This document shows positions 50,601 to 62,982 of a stretch of DNA of 64,000 nt, in pieces. Under the pieces are notes generated by a model, which saw only the letters and a program-made list of their open reading frames with translations, was not told where the DNA came from and searched no databases. Both the position numbers and the translations under genes were made by a program. Every line of letters starts with the position of its first letter. Within the stretch, counting starts at the first letter, position 1. The stretch lies in contig JAWMAR010000531.1 in assembly GCA_036785375.1 (NCBI GenBank), forward strand, positions 1,054,001 through 1,118,000, in the 5' to 3' direction. Origin of the DNA: Leucoraja ocellata (Eukaryota).

Positions 50601-53434
50601 ACACAGCCATGCCTGTCGCTAACTAGCTCATTCTCCTTCCAATGGGAGTAAATCTCAATGAATTATCTCCAATAGTTTCCTACCACTGACGTGCGTCTCA
50701 CCGGCCTCTATTTCCCTGGATTCCTTCTACGTCTCAATCAACAAAGGAACAACTGGTCATTTTCCAGTCCTCTATATGCTCGCCTCTGGCAAGAGAAGAA
50801 GCAAATATTCTCAAGACCCCTGGAATCACCTCTCGCCTCCCTCAATAAACTGGGATAGATACCAACGGGTGCAGGGGACCTATCAAACTCAATGTTCCTC
50901 AAAAGCCTCACTGCGGCTCTTTTCAACCTCAAGCCCCAGCATATGTGCCCTAGCATATTAGTTTTCTCCACACTGATCTCACCGTCATCCACGTCTTTCT
51001 CCTTGGTGAATACAGATGCAGAACGCACTCGTTTAACAATTCCGCTACATCCTTTATCCTTGATCAGACCTACCGTATCCTTACACCCTTCTTGTTTTTT
51101 AACATATGTATAAAAATCCGCAGTATTTTCCTTAACTCAACAAATCAGTTACATTTCGTGACCAGTTTGGCCCGACTAATCACCCAGTTGAGCTCTTTGC
51201 TACTCATCATTCCTCATAATCCCCGTATGATGGCACTTTGTTAAATCTGACATACGCTTCCGTTTTGTTTCTGAAAAGGTGTATAACCTCCGTGGTCATT
51301 CACGGATCCCTTACCATGCCATCGTTATTCACCCTCCTTACTGGAACGTGCTGATCCTGTACTTGGTTAAATAACTCCCATATATTAGTTGTGGACATAC
51401 TCAATAACAACTGCAACCAAGCTCCTGCCTAATGACATCTTAATCTGTTTTGCTTCTGCCAACATCCACACCAAATCTTTATTCAAACCTTATTCAAAAC
51501 CTTGTAATGTTGAGGTCACTATCCCCAAGTGCTCTTCCAGCATACCACCAGTCACGTGGCCAAGCACATTTCCCAACACAAGCTCCAGTATCGTCCCTCC
51601 TGGATTCAGACTATCCATACACCGTTTAAGGCAAATTTCTTGGATATACTTCATAAATTCTCATTTAACCCCCTTGCACTGAACAAAATACAGTCAATAT
51701 TGGGGAAGTTAACGATACCCACTACAGCAACACTGTAGTTCATGCATCTGTGTGCATATCCGATCCATCTATTAGATTCGATGAGATTAGATTAGATCTA
51801 ATCTAATAAATGGACGGATGGATCTCCCGCTGATTATTGGGTGTCCCATAATATAATCACATTAGAGAGACTGGTCCTTTCTTATTTTTAAGCACAACCC
51901 ACATGTCTCAATAGATGTACCCTCCACTACGTCCCCTCCGAGTTCCGCCATCCCAAATATCGAAGCCCTGATACATGTCTCTCCCACAAGCAGGTTTTCA
52001 TAATGGCCACGACATTATTATTCCAACCACTGATATCGACTATCTACGTTCATTTAACGTCATCCACAATACTAATTGCATTGAAGTAAACGTGTCATCC
52101 CTTAATTGCCCCATAATCATGAACCAATCCCTGCCCATCTTTCCTTTGAGACTTACTTGTTATAACCTCCACTTTCCCATAATCCTTCCCACTTGCAGAC
52201 TTGCTCCTTTCGTTCCCATTCTCTGTCCATTGTAGCTTAAATTCTCCAGATTAGTATGAGCAAACTTCACTGAAATGATTCTGGAGCCCCTTCAGTTCAA
52301 ATGCAACGTGTCCCTCTTGTGCAGGTTGCCTTTGCGATAACAGAAATCTCAATAGTCTACAATTCGAATCATTTCCCCTGCACCAACCCCTCAGCCATGC
52401 ATTCATCTGTCCCATCCTCCTATTGCTACCCTCAATAACACGTGGCGACTGAAGTAATCGAGAGATTACCGCCCTGCAGGTGGTAATTTAAACCTTTTAA
52501 CTAATTCCCATTAGACACTCCACAGGACCTCATTGCTCTTCGGTACATTTTGCTGATCTACTTATATTCACCCCAGAGGACCCCATCCATTTTCCTAACT
52601 CTTTTCCCATCTCTTTATACTGACTCTATAGGACCTCATCCAGTTTCCTACATATCATTTGTGCGGACATGCACAACGACTTCTGTCTGTTCACCCACCA
52701 GGTCGAAAATGCTCTGCAGTCGTTCCAGGATATCCTAGATCCTTGCACCAGAGAGGCAACAGTCCGTCCATGAGGCCTACTTGCTCCTGTCTGTCCCCCG
52801 CACTAATGTGGTTTATCACAATCACTGCCTGACTTCACACCGCTGCACATCAGAGACAGGCCCAGTGCCACAGACCTGACTACTGCTGCTGTCCCCTGAA
52901 CGGTTACCCCCTCAACTGTTGCAAACGAACATAGCTGTTTTGCAGGGGGAAGCCTACAGGGGACTCCTGAACCCTCTGCCTACTCCCTTTGCTGCTGGTC
53001 ACTCTTCTATTCTTTGTCCGCACCACACGTGTGAGCACCTCACTATGACTTCTAACTATGACTTGCTCACTCTCTGGACGAACACGAGGTCATCCAATTG
53101 GAACTGCAGATCACTAACAGGGTCTTTCAGGAGCTGCACCTCGACACACCTCCTGCAGATGTAATGTTCAGAGACGCTACGTCTTCTTCAGTTCCAACAT
53201 CCCACAGGCTGAACACACTAGCCTCCATCTCTATGACACCAAGACCAGGTTGTGCTGCAAAGCAAACATAAAGTGACAGAACAAACCGTAACCTAAGGTA
53301 ACCCTCACAGGAGCCTCTTGAGCTTAAGCCTCAATAAACCAATCTTACTATATATGGCCACTCCACTTATGTTTACCTTCATTTTATTGGCAATAGTTAT
53401 TTAGCCAAATAACCAAGTGTGACACTTGCCCGCA
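50601..53434 (-). mobile_element. CR1-C copy
   Basis: Paralog of 19557-22380. Confidence 0.75.
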
Positions 53435-54992
53435 AATAACGATATAGAAGGTGAACCAATATTCAAATAAGCATAACTCTGTCCGTTTGTAATGCAATGT
53501 AATTGCAATGTATTTAGTATACGCAAACAGTGTCTTCGTAATTCATTGTTACTTGCAGCGAGTGAACATATAGAATGTGGCAAGTGTCAAATAAAGCGGA
53601 TTATTTTGCTGTAAATTAAGTTCAATTACTTGATTGCTGTCGGAGCTGCACACATCTAGGTAAGCTGAAAGCATTTCAGAAATACTAAGCAGTATTAAAA
53701 AAAAATCGGAAACAAAGCTTGAGACATTGATGCCTCTGCTTGGCTTGTTTACAAGTCACCGATCTGAGGACTTTATAGGGCACTGTACGGGCACATTCGT
53801 GGAAAGGACCGCTCTCTTTTGATTAATTGTCAAATAAGTCCAGAGTCCAAATAAGAAAATGCTGATATTTTTCTGTTTAGGCTGTATTTTCTTGTTGATA
53901 TGCTTTAGCATTGATTCACACGGTGCTGTAGCAATCCACAATATGAAAAGAGGCTTTCGCTATAAATAGAGCGATTGGTTCGCAGTAAGAAATGTGCGCG
54001 CGTCATATCAAGCAACGCTGTTCACATCTAAATATGATTCCATATATCGAATGAAGGTTGACAGAATTCATACCATGGCAATCCAAACACCTACAGACTC
54101 ACTTCACCTTTTTAACGGATAAAGCTACCTTGGCGATGAAATATATTTCTCAATTTCCTTCTCAATTTCACGAGCAATGTCAATTGAACCTGAACTAACC
54201 TTGGGTGCTACGAGCAAACATGGTTTCCAAAAATAACTCAAAAATCTTTGCATTGGTTTTGACAGTGACTTGCATAGACAGTAAGTTGGCCAGAATTGGC
54301 ACCGAGATTTAAAAAATCATAAATAATTTGCAGTCAATTGTAAATTCGCTTTCAAACATCTCTTAGTCGCTATCTTCATCATAATATTCGCCAGTATCAA
54401 ATACAATGTGCAATCCCGCGCAGTAGGATGGCACAGTGAGATCAGATTAATCAGTACTGGATATGATGAGTTACCTCCATGAATATAATTTATTTTAACA
54501 CACACTCTCTGCAACCACACAGAAAATGATTCAAACTAAATGCAAAACCAGAATTGAATGTACCGTTTCAAATAACAAAAATTCTCCAGTTGTAGGAAGG
54601 AACTGCAGATGCTGGTCTACACCGAAGATAACCACACCTTTGCTGGATTTAAGATGGAATAGGTGACGTTTCGGGTAGCGACCCTTCTCCATACTGAGAG
54701 TCACGGGAGAGGGAAACTAGAGATATCAAAACAGAATATCTTACGTGCTTGGAAATATATTAAATTGTACCGAGATACATAATTGGAAACTAAATCCTTA
54801 TCTACCTGACATTTTGGAAATAATTTGACACAGGAACAATCTGGCAACATTTGATTGGCGCAGCGTCCATTCTGATTAGAGTGTTTTGCATAATTAATGA
54901 AGGCAGTGACGCCTCGCAACAGGGTTCATAAGCGACCTGGAGAGACGCCTGATCAACCACTTCATCTGGCGCCCTCCACCAAAATAATTACA

Positions 54993-55041
54993 ATGTCTTG
55001 CTGGATGTCACTGGTTTGTGTGTTAGCATGTTCCGCAGCGT
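54993..55041 (+). CDS. IgL cluster 6 exon 1, leader
   Basis: MSCWMSLVCVLACSAA + GTGAGT donor. Confidence 0.85.
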
Positions 55042-55164
55042 GTGAGTATTTTACTTCCAAAGTTATTTAATCTGGAGTGCGATTAAAAGTTTAGATATCT
55101 GACACTTCTACTGTTTCGCTAATATCTTGGTTAATGTTGTACTTTTTTCTGGTTTGTTTTCCAG

Positions 55165-55509
55165 GCATAAATGCGCAAGTTGCACTAAATCAGCCGTCTT
55201 CAAAATCCACGTCTCTGGGGCAAAACGTGCAAATATCCTGTATCATGACTGGTGGCAGTTTAAGTACCTACACTGTTTCCTGGTACCAGCAGATTCCCGG
55301 AGCGGTTCCGCGGTTTCTGTTCTACTATTCCGCGGGCAGCAGCATTACTAGAGGTTCGGGAGTTTCTGACCGTTTCGCAGGATCAGTGTCAGGCAACACC
55401 ATAACATTGACAATAGCGAATGTGCAGTCTGGGGACGCTGCGGACTATTACTGTGGTGTGTGGCTAAATCCTTTCATCTTCGGCAAAGGAACGAGGCTGG
55501 GTATTGGCG
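55165..55509 (+). CDS. IgL cluster 6 exon 2, germline-joined VJ (most divergent of copies 2-6)
   Basis: QVALNQP...YYCGVWLNPFIFGKGTRL; canonical splice sites. Confidence 0.93.
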
Positions 55510-57438
55510 GTAAGTAAACTATCTTCTACCTATGGGTCATTGATACTGCTGTGAAAAATAATTAGTTTTGTGTCGCTGATTGATGTTTCCAATAAAAGGC
55601 TTTTAAAGCTGATTTTTTTAACAATACCCGACCAAGATCGAATCTCCTTTGGCGAATTGGTTGACAACAGCATGAAAGGACAAAATGACTGTCCATCTGT
55701 TTTTTTTTATTCTTAATTACTATTCGGACGATGAGCTAACATTGACCAAGCCAGGGTACTAATAAAACCGACCGTATGGAAACGGGAATTAACATTAGAG
55801 TGACAAGGAACTGCAGATGCTGATTTGCAAAATAAAAACACCCAAAACAGCAGAGGAGTGCCTCAGTGGGTCAGGCAGCATCTCTGGTGAACATAGATTG
55901 GCGACGACCCGAAACGCCTCATTCATCTTCTCCAGAGAAGCTCCCGAATCCATCACGTTGTGCATCTTTCGGGAAATTATTTCTTGCCTTTAATGGCGCC
56001 TAGAATTCTAATGGAAAACGCACCTTCAATAATAGCTCATTTTCTGTTGATATTCCATCACGAAATGTAAAATGTGGGGATTCTGCGGATCACTAGACCA
56101 TGATAGACTTTTCCCAACATCGTGAACATGGAGAAATGTGGATTCTTGAAAATTATTGGTTCTCATCCAAAAATCGGCACGGTGGCGCAGCGGTTTAGCG
56201 CTGTAACCCAGTCGGTTCCATCCCAACTACGGGTGCTGTCTGCACGGAGTTTGTTCGTTCTCCCCGTGACTGCATGTGGTACAAATAAATTAAATCCTAT
56301 TTCGAGAGGACTAACTGCCACATTTATCCTTGTCCTCTTTTATACTTTTAAAACTGCTTAAATATTGCTAGTATACTTTTTTTGTAAGTGCTGAAGATTG
56401 TCATGGTCAATATTTAGCCGGGATAAACATCGGACGCAAACAATAACGCGGTGCGAGGTTTAGTGCAGCGACATTGGGTTTGAAATCATCCATCGTTATG
56501 AATCTATGTTGTTGTTTTTAATTTTTATGCTTTAAAATCTTTGCTTAATTGTATCTCCCGGACATATTCAAAGTCAATGTATGCTGCCAATGATTTTCTG
56601 CTAATGCGATATTTAATTCATTTCGTGATTTTGAAATTCCGGTACTTATGAGTTTTGTTGCCAGATGGAATTGTCATTACACTTAGAGCATGCGGATCGT
56701 GGAATCAATGGGACAGCGATTATTTCAATTTTAGACGAAAAATAACTGAAAATGTGAAAGCAATTTGCGCATTGAATTTCCCAACCATATCAGTAATCAG
56801 CAAGTCATTGCAGTCGATTTACTCTTTTTGCCATTGAGTGTACGGAATGAGATTCGATGATCAAATTCAGAAATTGAGCTAATTTTTTACTTCAAAAAGA
56901 AATCACAACATAAACGTAAACCATGTCCAAAATCAATTAACAAATGCGGGAACTAGTCTATGCATCGATGGGTTAAATGGCAAATTATTCGTGTCTCTTT
57001 TATCGAATCCTTCATGACACTTCGTTCTTTGGCCTTAATAAATGAAAGTATCCAAATAAGACATGTTTTAAGCGAGTTCAGTTGAAATTGGCACAATAGT
57101 TCCATAATTTATTAAATCCTGCAAATGGCTGTCGGGTCCAACACACGATTTTTATTTCAACTGGGGCCAATGGAAATAATACTCTGGAGATCAATTAAAA
57201 ACACTGACGAAATAATTTATGTTTAACCACAAAATAGAACGTGTCCCATTGTCATAAATACCAATTAATCTTCGACGATCACACCTGGAAAATATCTCAC
57301 GTGCGCAATTGAACAATTTGAAACAAGTAGAGGAAAAATGTTTATTCATTAAAATGAATGGATCCATGGTATTTTTAACTATGTTTTAACCGAAGCAGTT
57401 CTTCAACCTCCACTAATCTGTCATATTATTTTAAACAG

Positions 57439-57761
57439 CACCTCGCGCCCCCGCAATGTCCGTCCTCGGACCTTCAGCGGAAGAAATCAAGGGAAAGGGC
57501 ACGGCCACCCTGCTGTGTTTGGTGAGCGGGTTTAATCCGGGTGCAGTGGACATTGAGTGGACCGTGGAGGGCAGTGCGAGAAGCGACGGCGTTGAGACCA
57601 GCCCAATCCAGCAGGAGAAGGACAACACGTTCAGTGCGAGCAGTTACCTGACTCTGCCAGTCACAGTCTGGAACTCAAACAATCTTTACTCTTGTGTGGT
57701 TAAACACGAAACCCAGGCAATCCCGTTTAAGGCAGACATCACCAGAACCGGCTGTATCTAA
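57439..57761 (+). CDS. IgL cluster 6 exon 3, constant region
   Basis: Intact C1-set domain; AATAAA at 58064. Confidence 0.93.
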
Positions 57762-58252
57762 AACTCCTCAATTCCACCTAATGGAGCTGAAGTGATATAT
57801 TTTGATCCTTCTTTCTTTCTATATTTGTGAGAAATTGGCCTGGGCATATTGTTTGTTTTTCGACCAGTCTTTGCGTTTAAAATCGTCGTTTGTCTTGCCA
57901 ATTGTGAACGCCATTCCATTAAAGCAATCAAATTGTTAATTGAACCTCCTATGTTATTCAATCTCAGCTGATGCATCTTCAAATATTCATTAATATTCAG
58001 TGGTCTGAAGGTTGTATTCTGGATGTTTGCTTACTGCTATCATAAATTCAAACACGACTGTCAAATAAAATCAATAGTCCATTATTAAGAGCAATACATT
58101 TTCGTGACTATAATTTCTGATTCGGAAGCATCAAATGTATGAAATCAAGATTTATGGGTTTTGACCTGATAGACGAAACAGCGATTTAGGTTATCGAACG
58201 TTATATAAAACCGGTGACTTTAAGTTGGTTCACTTTACCCAGCGCTCGCCCA

Positions 58253-58312
58253 ACACACACACACGCACACACACACACTCTCTCTCTCTCTCTCTCTCTC
58301 CCTCACATACAC
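58253..58312. repeat. Compound (CA)n/(CT)n microsatellite; shorter (CA)n at the paralogous sites ~16500, ~27027, ~37292, ~47656
   Basis: Read directly. Confidence 0.85.
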
Positions 58313-58426
58313 GCACGCTCGATGGAGCGTTCATACGGAATCTCATTCGAGTGAGGGCGGCTGAACAACAAATACGGGCCTACTAATCAATTAGGAATCT
58401 ATGTCGAACATGATGCTAAAACTAAA

Positions 58427-59420
58427 GGACCATCTCCGACACCTCCATCCCCTTTCTTGATCTCAATCTCTATCACAGGAGATAGACCACCGACTGACGT
58501 CTATTACAAACCCACTGACTCCCACAACTATCACGGCTACACTACTTCCCACCCGGCTTCCTGCAAAGACTATCCCCCACTCCCAATTCGTCCGTCTGCA
58601 CCGCGTCTGCGCACAAGATGAGGCGTTCCATACCCAGACATACGAGATGTCCTCATTATTTAGTGAACGGGGTTCCCCTCTCCCACCATAGATGATGCCC
58701 TCACTCGTGTCTCCTCAGTACCCATATTCCGCCCTTGCTCCCCTTCCCCCTAATCGCAACAGAGACAGAGTTCTCCTTGTCCTTACCTTTTACCCCATCA
58801 GCCATAATCCTCCAACATTTTCGCCACCTCCAATGGGATCCCAACAATAGTCGCATCTTCCCATCTCCACCCCTTTCCGCCTTCCACAGAGACCCTCTGC
58901 AACTCCCTGGGTAACTCATCCCTTCCCATCCAAATCACCCCCTCCCCAGCTACCTTCACCTGCAACCGCAGGAGATACAACACCCGTCCGTATATCTCCT
59001 CCCTCGTCTCCGTCCAGGGACCACGATAGTCGTTTCAGGTTCGGCAAAGTTTCTCTTACACTTCCAACCTCATCTACTGTATCCTTGTTCAAGATGCGGA
59101 CACTTATACATCGGCGACACCAAACGTAGACTGGCTATCATTTCGCTAAACACCTTCACTCAATCTGCCTGAACATACCTGATCTTTAATTTTCCTCCCC
59201 ATTCCCACACTGATCTTTTTTACCTCGGTCTCCTCCATTGCCAGAGTGAGGCTAAATGCAAATTGGAGGAACAGCACCTCATACTTCGCTTAGGCAGCCT
59301 ACAGCCCAGTGGAATGACTGTTGATGTATCTAACATCAAGTAATCCTGGCATTCCCTCTCTCTCTATCCCTCCCCCACCCAAGTCGCACCAGCTTCTCGT
59401 CTTCACCCAATGATCAGCTA
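58427..59420 (+). mobile_element. Penelope-like fragment, uninterrupted form (no CR1-A; decayed GIY-YIG region retained)
   Basis: Colinear with 8880-9960, including TCCAACCTCATCTACTGTA and TTATACATCGG. Confidence 0.82.
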
Positions 59421-59445
59421 ACAACGGGGTTAAGAGGGAGAGACA

Positions 59446-62400
59446 ATTGTAAGGGGAATAGATAGGCGTTTCTGCGGCCGCAAACGAGACTCCAGGATGG
59501 TATGTTGTCTCCCTGGTGCAAGGGTCAGGGATGTCACTGAACGGCTGCAGAACATTCTGGAGGGGGAGGGTGAACAGCCAGTTGTCGTGTTGCACATTGG
59601 CACCAACGATATAGGTAAAAAAAAGGTATGAGGTACAAGGTGAATTTAGGGAGCTATGAGATAAACTTAAAAGTAGGACCTCAAAGGTAATAATCTCTGG
59701 ATTACTACCAGTGCCACGGGCTAGTCAGAGTAGAAATAAAGGATATTGCAGATGAATACGTGGCTTCAAAAATGGTGCAAGAGGGAGGGATTCAAATTTC
59801 TAGGGCATTGGAACCAGTTCTGGGGGAGGTGGGACCAGTACAAACAGGACGGTCTGCACCTGGGCTGGAATGGAACCAATGTCCTAATGGGAGTGTTTGC
59901 TAGTGCTGTCGGGGAGGATATAAACTAATGCGACGGGGGGGGGGGGGGGGTGGGTGCAAGAGCAGATAGACAGAGGGGTGTAAAATGAGGGTAGAAGCAA
60001 TAGGTAGCAAGGTGAAAAGTAAAAGTGGCAGGCAGACAAATCCAGGGCAAAAATCAAAAAGGGCTACATTTCAACATAATTGTATAAGGGCTAAGAGTTT
60101 TGTAAAAATAAGCGTGAAGGCTTTGTATCTTAATGCAAGGAGCATTCGTAATAAGGTGGATGAGTTGAATGTGCAGATAATTAATAATTAATATGATATA
60201 GTTGGGATCACGGAGACATGGCTCCAGGTTCACCAAGGCGGGGAGTTGAACATCCAGGGATATTCAATATTCAGTAGGGATAGACAGAAAGGAAAAGGAG
60301 GCGGGGTAGCGTTGCTGGTTAGAGAGGAGATTAACGCAATAGAAAGGAAGGACATTATCTTGGAGGATGTGGAATCGATATGGGTAGAGCTGCGAAACAC
60401 TAAGGGGCAGAAAACGCTAGTGGGAGTTGTGTACAGGCCATCTAACAGTAGTAGTGGAGTTGGAGATGGTATCAAACAGTAAATTAGAAATGCGTGCAAC
60501 AAAGGTAAAACAGTTATAATGGGTGACTTCAAATTGGGTGAATCAAATTGGCAGAGGTGCTGAGGAAGAGGATTTATTGGAATTTATGCGGGATAGTTTT
60601 CTGAACCAACGAGAGAGCAGGCTATTCTAAACTGGGTATTGAGTAATGAGGAAGGGTTAGTTAACAGTCTTGTTGTGCCTGGCCCCTTGGGCAAGAGTGA
60701 CCATAATATGGTTGAGTTCTTCATTAGGATGGAGAGTGACATTGTTAATTCAGAAACAAGGGTCCTGAACTTAAAGAAAGGTGACTTTGAGGGTATGAGA
60801 CGTGAATTGGCCAAGATAGACGGGAAATTGATTTTTAAAAGGTTGACGGTGGATATGCAATGGAAGGCATTTAAAAACTGCATTGATGAACTACAACAAT
60901 TGTTCATCCCAGTTTGGCAAAATAATAAATCAGGGAAGGTAGTGTATCCGTGGATAACAAGGGAAATCAGGGATAGTATCAAAACAAAAGATGAAGCGCA
61001 CAAATTAGCCAGAATAAACAGCCTACCAGAGGACTGGGAGAAATTCAGAGTCCAGCAGAGGAGGACAAAAGGCTTAATTAGGAAAGGGAAAATAGATTAT
61101 AAAAGAAAACTGGCAGGAAACATAAAAATTGACTGCAAAAGGTTTTATAGATATGTGAAGAGGAAAATATTAGTTAAAACAAATGCAGGTCCCTTGCAGT
61201 CAGAAACAGGCGAATTGATCATGGGGAACAAGGACATGGCAGACCAATTGAATAACTATTTGGTTCTGTCTTCAATAAGGAATACATAAATAATCTGCCG
61301 GAAATAGCAAGGGACCGTGGGTTAAATGAGATGGAGGACCTGAGTGAAATCCAGATTAGCCGGGAAGTAGTGTTGAATGGATTAAAGGCTGATAAATCCC
61401 CAAGGCCAGATAAATTGCATCCCAGAGTACATAAGGAAGTAGCGGCAGAAATAGTGGATGCATTAGTGATAATTTTTCAAAACTCTTTAGATTCTGGGGT
61501 AGTTCCTGAGGACTGGAGGGTAGCTAATGAAACCCCACTTTTTTTAAAAGGGAGCGAGAAAACAGGAAATTGCAGACCAGTTAGTCTATTATCGGTGGTG
61601 GGGGAAATTCTGGAGTCAGTTATTAAAGATGGGATAGCAGCACATTTGGAAAGTGGTGAATTCATTGGACAAAGTCAGCATGGATTTATGAAAGGTAAAT
61701 CATGTCTGACGAATCTTATAGAATTTTTCGAGGATGTAACTAGTAGAGTGGATAAGGGAGAACCGGTGGATGTGTTATATCTGGACTTTCAGAAGGCTTT
61801 CGACAAGGTCCCAATAAGAGATTAGTATACAAACTTAAAGCACACGGTTTTGGGGGTTCAGTATTGATGTGGTTAGAGAACTGGCTGACAGACAGGAACC
61901 AAAGAGTAGGAGTAAACGGGTCATTTTCAGAATGGCTGACAGTGACCAGTGGGGTACCGCAAGGCTCAGTGCTGGGACCCCAGCTATTTACAATATATAT
62001 TAATGATCTGGATGAGGGAATTGAATGCAACATCTCCAAGTTTGCAGATGACACAAAGCTGGGGGGGGGGGGCAGTGTTAGCTGTGAGGAGGATACTAGG
62101 AGGCTGCAAGGTGACTTGGGTAGGTTGGGTGAGTGCGCAAATGCATGGCAGATGCAGTATAATGTGGATAAATGTGAGGTTATCCACTTTGGTGGCAAAA
62201 CCAGGAAAGTAGACTATTAACTGAATGGTGGCCGATTAGGAAAAGAGGAGATGCAACGAGACCTGGGTGTCATGGTACACCAGTCATTGAAAGTAGGCAT
62301 GCAGGTGCAGCAGGCAGTGAAGAAAACAAATGGTATGTTAGCATTCATAGCAAAATAATTTGAGTATAACAGCAGGGAGATTCTATTGCAGTTGTACAGA

Positions 62401-62982
62401 GTCTTGGTGAGACAACGCCTGGAGTATTGCGTACAGTTTTGGTCTCCTAATCTCAGCAAATACATTATTGCCATAGAGGGAGTACAGAGAAGGTTCACCA
62501 GACTGATTCCTGTGATGGCAGGACTTTCAAATGAAGAAAGACTGGATAGACTCGGCTTGTACACGCTAGAATTTAGAAGATTGAGGGGGGATCTTATAGA
62601 AACTTACAAAATTCTTAAGGGGTTGGACAGGCTAGATGCAGGAAGATTGTTCACGATGTTGGGGAAGTCCAGAACAAGGGGTCACAGTTTAAGGATAAGG
62701 GGAAAATCTTTTAGGACCGAGATGAGAAATAAAATTCACACAGAGAGTGGTGAATCTGTGGAATTCTCTGCCACAGAAGGTAGTTGTGGCCAGTTCATTG
62801 GGCATATGTAAGAGGGAGTTGGATGTGGCCCTTGTGGCTAAAGGTATCAGGGGGTATGGAGACAAGGCAGGTACAGGATATTGAGTTGGATGATCCGCCA
62901 TGATCATATTGAATGGTGATGCAGGCTCGAAGGGCCGAATGGCCTACTCCTGCACCTATTTTCTATGTTTCTATGTTTCTAT
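59446..62982 (+). mobile_element. Long CR1 LINE: ORF1 SGNH-esterase remnant plus ORF2 APE and RT, disrupted by stops and frameshifts
   Basis: VVVLHIGTNDIG, QDGLHL; LYLNARSIRNKVDEL, GGGVALLV, VGVVYRP, SDHN; YLDFQKAFDKVP, GVPQGSVLGP, KFADDTKL; (TTTCTATG)n tail. Confidence 0.92.
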
